Shown: positions 58,868 to 64,000 of the stretch, in pieces
How positions within the stretch are numbered: the first letter of the stretch is position 1
How the letters are laid out: the number at the start of each line of letters is the position of its first letter
Assembly: GCA_012839345.1 (NCBI GenBank)
Contig: DUNN01000011.1
Location: 41,906 to 105,905, forward strand
Origin: Clostridiales bacterium
Lineage (GTDB): Bacteria; Bacillota; Clostridia; Oscillospirales; Acutalibacteraceae
Length of the DNA: 64,000 bases
Reading direction: 5' to 3'
Notes under the pieces: generated by a model
What the model was told of the DNA's origin: nothing
The model's input: the letters and a program-made list of their open reading frames with translations, nothing else
Databases searched by the model: none
Translations under genes and position numbers: made by a program

Positions 58868-59797
58868 TTAGCGGTTCACCGACCGGACCATGCGGCGGTA
58901 GGTGTGGCGCACCCCTTTTATGGCAATGGAATATGCCATAATGTTTTCCGGAAGCGCCATGCCAATATACCCCGAGTCCCCAATATGATGAATGTCGGTG
59001 CCGGTCATTTTGCACAGCAGGGCAATCTGGCGAATGGTTTCCTGGTCGGCCCCTTCCTGTGAGGTTCCAATTGCCGTCAGCGTCAGCGCCCCCAGGCTGT
59101 GGGCATACCTAACTAGGCTGCGGATGTATTCCATGGTAATTCCGGGTACGGTTGCTGGGGCCGGAAGCAAAATAATATCTGCGCCGGCGTTTACAAATTC
59201 GTGGATGTCCTGTTGCGTAATCAGATTTTCTCCCGATTCGGAGAGAATGCCGGAAGCATGCATTTTGCCTGCGGCAAGAATGATGCGGTCGCCCAATTCC
59301 TGAGAGATTGCTTTTAACGATTCCGTAATCGCGCGGTTTTGAACGCCGATTCCGGGGTTCCCAGTCAGCAAAATCATGTCCGCGCCCATGTCGCACAGGG
59401 TACGGGCGTTCGAAACGGTTGCCCGGCGCCCCTCGGTCAAAGCCCATACCTGATTTTCAGAGCCCGCTGCACTTTCGGGATCGGCCGGTTCCAGGTTGAC
59501 GGCGATGACCCTTCCGGTCAAGCGCTTTAGTTCCCGGATTGTTTCAGCCTTTTCCACGGGAGGCAAAGCGTAAATGAGGGGATTGTTTACGTCAAACAAA
59601 TTCAAAATTAACATATCCGCCCCCATGCCAGCGGCGAACTCTGCATTCGTAACCGTTTCAAGATAAGGGGGCACCGCACCGATCGTTTCACAGGCCATAA
59701 CGCGCCCTTCACTGAGCGCAATGGACTTCAAAAGATCGGCTTTCCCCATCTGAGCAATATCTCCGCTATTGCAGTCAATCAGACGTTTTACCATCAT
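58868..59797 (-). CDS. Conserved hypothetical TIM-barrel-like protein
   Basis: SEGR, NLEP, LTGNP, AGKMH, LPAP, GTSQEG, HHIGD, GVRHTY motif-like segments; function unknown. Confidence 0.65.
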   Translation of the reverse strand: MMVKRLIDCNSGDIAQMGKADLLKSIALSEGRVMACETIGAVPPYLETVTNAEFAAGMGADMLILNLFDVNNPLIYALPPVEKAETIRELKRLTGRVIAVNLEPADPESAAGSENQVWALTEGRRATVSNARTLCDMGADMILLTGNPGIGVQNRAITESLKAISQELGDRIILAAGKMHASGILSESGENLITQQDIHEFVNAGADIILLPAPATVPGITMEYIRSLVRYAHSLGALTLTAIGTSQEGADQETIRQIALLCKMTGTDIHHIGDSGYIGMALPENIMAYSIAIKGVRHTYRRMVRSVNR

Positions 59798-60044
59798 TCT
59801 TCACCTTTCTTCTATCGGCGTTCGATTTTCCTAATGGCAGTGATTGCAATCATTGTCATCCATTTCCATCATTATAGAATTGTTCCCGCAAACTGACAAG
59901 AGCGGTTTCTAAATTTTATTATGCTCAGATAGAAAATAGTTCTCTTAAGCGGTGAAGAGTGCGGGTTAGCTGCATGAAAAAACATTTTTCATAGAATTGC
60001 TTAACATATGAAATGTTTTATATCATAATTTTATAAATTTATAA

Positions 60045-60073
60045 TTGACTTTTGAATCTGCTCTCGCTATAAT
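60045..60073 (+). promoter_or_regulatory. SigA promoter
   Basis: TTGACT-17-TATAAT. Confidence 0.8.
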
Positions 60074-60120
60074 TAAGGAGAAGAAAGAATTAATACACTG
60101 GTGTCACAAAATTACATATT

Positions 60121-60198
60121 GGGCTGTCACTGGTAATGCAGGCAAAACCAAAGTTTTACAGGTCGTATTTATGCGCCCTGTGAAAGTTTGGTTTTTTT
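60121..60198 (+). promoter_or_regulatory. RAT antiterminator overlapping a terminator
   Basis: GGGCTGTCACTGGTAATGCAGGCAAAACC matches the BglG/LicT RAT; overlaps AAACCAAAGTTTTACAGG...CCTGTGAAAGTTTGGTTTTTTT. Confidence 0.88.
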
Positions 60199-60224
60199 GT
60201 TTTTAACCAGAAAGAGTGGATATT

Positions 60225-61058
60225 ATGAAAATTTTCAAGTCCATTAATAATAATATTGTTACGGCCCTGGACAGCGATGGCGTGGAAGTCATCGTCGTCG
60301 GAAAAGGGATTGGTTTTCGTGCGAAAGAGGGAACAGAACTGAAGCCTGCTTCCATACAAAAAATCTACCGCATGGAAAATCAAAAGGATACCGACCGGCT
60401 GAAGGCCCTGTTTTCTTCTTTACCGCCCTTGTATATTGAGGTGACGGATGAAATTTACAGTTACGCCAAACGCGTCTTAAATAAGCGTCTGAATGAACGC
60501 GCTTATATTTCGCTTGCGGATCACATCCATTTTGCCGCGCAGAGGCACCGGGACGGACTGGATTTTTCCAATGCTCTTTTAAATGAAATCCGCCGGTTTT
60601 ACTCTGTGGAATACCAGATCGGCCTGTACGCTCTGGAAATTATCCGGAAGCGCCTTGGTATCACTTTTCCCTGCGATGAGGCCGCCTCTATCGCCATCCA
60701 TATTCTGGACGCCGAATATGACATCTCAGTAAAGGGAACATTTGACGCGGCAAAGCTGATGAATGGAATCCTGGATATTGTAGAAAATAAGGAGCATTTC
60801 CAAATACGCGACGGCGATTACTACCATGAAAGATTTTTGACCCATCTGAAATTTCTGACCCGGCGGATTGTGAAGAACGAGCCCTTCACGGGTTCCGACA
60901 ACGGGCTATATACGTTACTTTGTGAAAAGTTTCCGAAGGAAACGCATTGTGGGAAAGCCATTGCGGAATATGTTCATCAAACATGCGGGGTGGAACTTCC
61001 GCAGCAGGAAATCGCCTGCATCGCGATTCACCTGTGTTTCATGCAGCAAAATGCATAA
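60225..61058 (+). CDS. BglG/LicT family antiterminator (CAT + 2 PRD)
   Basis: KSINNN, GKGIGF, LADHIHFA, IAIH, FLTHL, IAIHL. Confidence 0.92.
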   Translation: MKIFKSINNNIVTALDSDGVEVIVVGKGIGFRAKEGTELKPASIQKIYRMENQKDTDRLKALFSSLPPLYIEVTDEIYSYAKRVLNKRLNERAYISLADHIHFAAQRHRDGLDFSNALLNEIRRFYSVEYQIGLYALEIIRKRLGITFPCDEAASIAIHILDAEYDISVKGTFDAAKLMNGILDIVENKEHFQIRDGDYYHERFLTHLKFLTRRIVKNEPFTGSDNGLYTLLCEKFPKETHCGKAIAEYVHQTCGVELPQQEIACIAIHLCFMQQNA

Positions 61059-61099
61059 ACACTGTTTTACCCTTAATTTTGCAGCAGAGAGGTTTTATT

Positions 61100-61582
61100 A
61101 TGTTTTTTGGAATAGGAAAGAAAAAGGAAACGATTGTATATGCTCCCATTTCGGGCAGGGTAAGGCCACTGTCTTCTCTGAAAGACGAAACGTTCCGCTC
61201 GGGCGTTTTGGGACCGGGAATCGCGATTGTGCCGGACAACGGCCGCGTTGTAGCCCCCGCCGACGGCACGCTGAGTCAGATGTTCGACACGGGCCATGCG
61301 TTCAGCATGCTTACATCTTCCGGAGCGGAGCTGCTGGTTCATGTCGGATTGGATACCGTTCGCTTGAAGGGGAAACATTTTACACGGATTGGGAAAACCG
61401 GCGATGCTATCAAAACCGGAGAGCATATGATTGACTTTGAAGAGGAAGCCGTTCGCGGTGAAGGATATGATACCTCGATTGTAGTTGTAGTTCTAAATCA
61501 AGATGACTTTAAGAAAATCCGTTTTACAGAGGAAGAATCCGTGCAGGCGGGCAGCCCTCTGATTTGGCTGGAATCAAAGTGA
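61100..61582 (+). CDS. PTS glucose-family EIIA
   Basis: APISG, DETF..G.LG.GIAI.P, TGHA, LVHVGLDTV.LKG. Confidence 0.92.
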   Translation: MFFGIGKKKETIVYAPISGRVRPLSSLKDETFRSGVLGPGIAIVPDNGRVVAPADGTLSQMFDTGHAFSMLTSSGAELLVHVGLDTVRLKGKHFTRIGKTGDAIKTGEHMIDFEEEAVRGEGYDTSIVVVVLNQDDFKKIRFTEEESVQAGSPLIWLESK

Positions 61583-61611
61583 TACAGGGAACAGAAGGGA
61601 AACTGGAGAAA

Positions 61612-63243
61612 ATGGATATTTTCACAGGAAAAGGCGTTTCGCACGGAATTGCATTCGGAATTGTCTCCGTGCTGCAAAGCGCCAGTGCTTTGGTGGATGA
61701 AAGTCCGGCCGAAAACCCGGAAGACGAATGGGCTTTCTTTACAAATGCGAAAAAACAGGCAGATGAAGAACTGGCAGCGCTTTTTGAAACCACGCGCCGT
61801 GAAATTGGCGAAAAGGAAGCCATGATCATCGACGTGCAGCGCATGATGCTGGACGATGGGGATTTCAATGACGCGGTGGCGGACTTGATTCATAACAGCC
61901 GGAAACACGCGGCGGCGGCCGCAGCCCAAGCCGGAAAACAGTTTTCAGAATTCTTTGCCGGTTTGGATGACCCCTATATGCGTGCCCGCTCTGCAGATGT
62001 GGCTGATGTTTCCAAAAGGCTTGTGCGTCTTTTAACCGGTGGGCAATCAGTTCAACAGGAACTGCACCAACCGTATGTGCTGCTCGCGGAGGACCTCAGT
62101 CCCAGCGAAACACTTCAACTTGACAAGACGTTTTTGAAGGCCATTGTTACCAGGGGCGGAACCGAAAATTCCCATGCTGTCATTCTTGCTCGGGCCTTGA
62201 ATCTGCCCTGCGTGATACAGGCCAATCTGCCGGATCTGAATTCCTGCGGGAACCGGACTGCTGCGGTCGATGGGGATGAAGGAAGACTTTACCTGGAACC
62301 GGATGAAGATACCACAAAACGGCTGCGTGCGCTGCAGGAAAAACACCACAGTGCCGCACTTCAGCTGGAAGCCCTGCGCGAACTTCCCACCGTCACAAAG
62401 GACGGCAGAAGCATTCGCCTTTTCGCCAATATTGCCGGGCCGGACGACCTTGAAAAAGCGGCGCAAAACGGCGCCGAAGGAATCGGTCTTTTCCGCAGCG
62501 AATTTCTGTATCTTGGAAGAGATTCCTACCCGGACGAGGAAGAACAGTTTGAAGCTTACCGCAAAGCGGCCGAAGCGATGCAGGGCCGAACGGTTATCAT
62601 CCGCACAGCGGACATTGGCGCGGATAAGACAGCGCCGTATCTTCAGCTTCCGCATGAAGAAAATCCTGCCCTCGGGTTGCGGGGAATCCGGCTCTGCTTT
62701 GCACGGCCGGAGATTTTTAAAACACAGCTGCGTGCTATTTACCGCGCGGCGGCTTATGGTTCGGTTGCCGTTATGTTCCCGATGATTATATCCCGCGCGG
62801 AACTCCGGCGCTGCCGTGAGCTGGCGGAGAAAGTCCGCAGCGAACTAGAGCGGGAAGGAAAAACGGTTGGCCAGCTTTCCTTCGGCGCAATGATTGAGAC
62901 ACCGGCCGCTGCGCTGGCAGCCGGAGATTTGGCACAGGAAGTGGACTTTTTCAGCGTCGGCACAAACGACCTTACACAGTATACACTTGCCGTTGACCGC
63001 CAAAATTCCGAAGTCGGGCAATATTGTGACTCCCACCATCCGGCTTTGCTGAAGCTGCTGCAATTTGTGGTCGAAGCGGCTCACCAGGCCGGCATCTGGG
63101 CCGGCATCTGCGGCGAGCTGGCCGCAGACCCGGACTTGACCAAAACATTCTTGCAAATGGGATATGATGAGCTGTCGGTTTCACCCGGTTCTCTTTTAAA
63201 ACTGCGGCAAAACATCAGGAACCTCAATCTTTCCGAAGAATGA
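61612..63243 (+). CDS. ptsI: PTS enzyme I
   Basis: NSHAVILAR phospho-His motif, GIGLFRSE, ENPALGLRG, SVGTNDLTQY, GICGE. Confidence 0.93.
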   Translation: MDIFTGKGVSHGIAFGIVSVLQSASALVDESPAENPEDEWAFFTNAKKQADEELAALFETTRREIGEKEAMIIDVQRMMLDDGDFNDAVADLIHNSRKHAAAAAAQAGKQFSEFFAGLDDPYMRARSADVADVSKRLVRLLTGGQSVQQELHQPYVLLAEDLSPSETLQLDKTFLKAIVTRGGTENSHAVILARALNLPCVIQANLPDLNSCGNRTAAVDGDEGRLYLEPDEDTTKRLRALQEKHHSAALQLEALRELPTVTKDGRSIRLFANIAGPDDLEKAAQNGAEGIGLFRSEFLYLGRDSYPDEEEQFEAYRKAAEAMQGRTVIIRTADIGADKTAPYLQLPHEENPALGLRGIRLCFARPEIFKTQLRAIYRAAAYGSVAVMFPMIISRAELRRCRELAEKVRSELEREGKTVGQLSFGAMIETPAAALAAGDLAQEVDFFSVGTNDLTQYTLAVDRQNSEVGQYCDSHHPALLKLLQFVVEAAHQAGIWAGICGELAADPDLTKTFLQMGYDELSVSPGSLLKLRQNIRNLNLSEE

Positions 63244-63271
63244 ATCACAGCGCTTAGGAGGTAACTTCAAA

Positions 63272-63529
63272 ATGAAAGAATTCCGTTATCGAATCACCGA
63301 CGAACTTGGGCTCCACGCAAGGCCTGCGGGTCAGTTAGTAAAGATGGCCACTGGGTTCGAATGTGAAATTAAAATCGGGACCCCCGAAAAGATGGTAGAC
63401 GCAAAGCGCATTATGGGTGTTATGGGGCTTGCGCTGAAACAGGGCGACGAGGTGACGCTCACCTTTAACGGCCCGGATGAAGCAGAGGCGTTAAACGCCC
63501 TGGAAACATTCCTGAAAGGCAATCTGTAA
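63272..63529 (+). CDS. ptsH: HPr family phosphocarrier
   Basis: GLHARPA; DAKRIMGVM. Confidence 0.9.
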   Translation: MKEFRYRITDELGLHARPAGQLVKMATGFECEIKIGTPEKMVDAKRIMGVMGLALKQGDEVTLTFNGPDEAEALNALETFLKGNL

Positions 63530-63617
63530 AGCACAAACCGGTACACTGGGCGGGCGAAACAGGTGCCTATGCCTGCAACGCCTGTCATAGCATAAAATTT
63601 ACAGGAGGAATGGAATT

Positions 63618-64000
63618 ATGATGAAGACATTGCAAAGACTCGGCAAATCCCTGATGCTACCGGTGGCATGTCTGCCGGTTGCGGCACTTTTCCTTGGCAT
63701 CGGCTACAGTATTGACTCGGCCGGATGGGGCGCGAACAACGCCGTTGCGGCATTTCTGATCACAGCGGGCGGCGCTCTGATCAACAACATCGCGATCCTG
63801 TTTGCCATTGGTATTTCCATCGGCATGTCCAAAGACAACGACGGCACCGCGGCGCTTGCCGGACTTGTTTCCTGGCTGATGACACAGGCTTTGTTGGCAC
63901 CGGATTCCGTGGCTATGCTGAAGCACATTAAGGTGGAAGAGGTAGACGCGGCATTCAGCAAAACCAACAATGTGCTGATCGGCATCATCTGCGGATTAAT
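63618..64000 (+). CDS. nagE: PTS N-acetylglucosamine-type EIIC (truncated by window end)
   Basis: Not in the ORF track; AGGAGG then MMKTLQRLGKSLMLPVACLP...LFAIGISIGMSKDNDGTAALAG, open to the end. Confidence 0.82.
   Translation, partial: MMKTLQRLGKSLMLPVACLPVAALFLGIGYSIDSAGWGANNAVAAFLITAGGALINNIAILFAIGISIGMSKDNDGTAALAGLVSWLMTQALLAPDSVAMLKHIKVEEVDAAFSKTNNVLIGIICGL

Noticed and set aside
1-64000. CRISPR arrays, tRNA/rRNA genes, transposases, integrases, phage or defence genes
   Set aside because: None recognised by eye or in the ORF track

Overview
Chromosomal window from an anaerobic, spore-forming Clostridia-type Firmicute (inferred from spoIIID, ger operon, T-box, Ech hydrogenase and PTS/RAT elements). 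In order: recX-rimO-pgsA; a Cys T-box-controlled cysE-cysS-ybaK operon; a four-part locus (LeuA-regulatory-like protein, unannotated 26-aa peptide, membrane HD-GYP, DUF5317-like protein); niaR-niaX with operator; echABCDEF-hypFCDE; a ger receptor operon and spoIIID; a lower-GC accessory block (c-di-GMP-I riboswitch with an HD-GYP gene; RidA/PLP lyase/sugar ABC cluster; Wzm/Wzt galactofuranose and CDP-sugar glycan cluster); a galactan utilisation locus; and a BglG/RAT-controlled GlcNAc-type PTS operon cut by the window end. The best candidate for an undescribed system is 7956-10755: a small secreted-type peptide precursor, an LspA-like two-Asp membrane protein and a membrane-sensor c-di-GMP phosphodiesterase, together suggesting peptide signalling into c-di-GMP turnover. 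All family calls come from motif recognition by eye; no searches were run.
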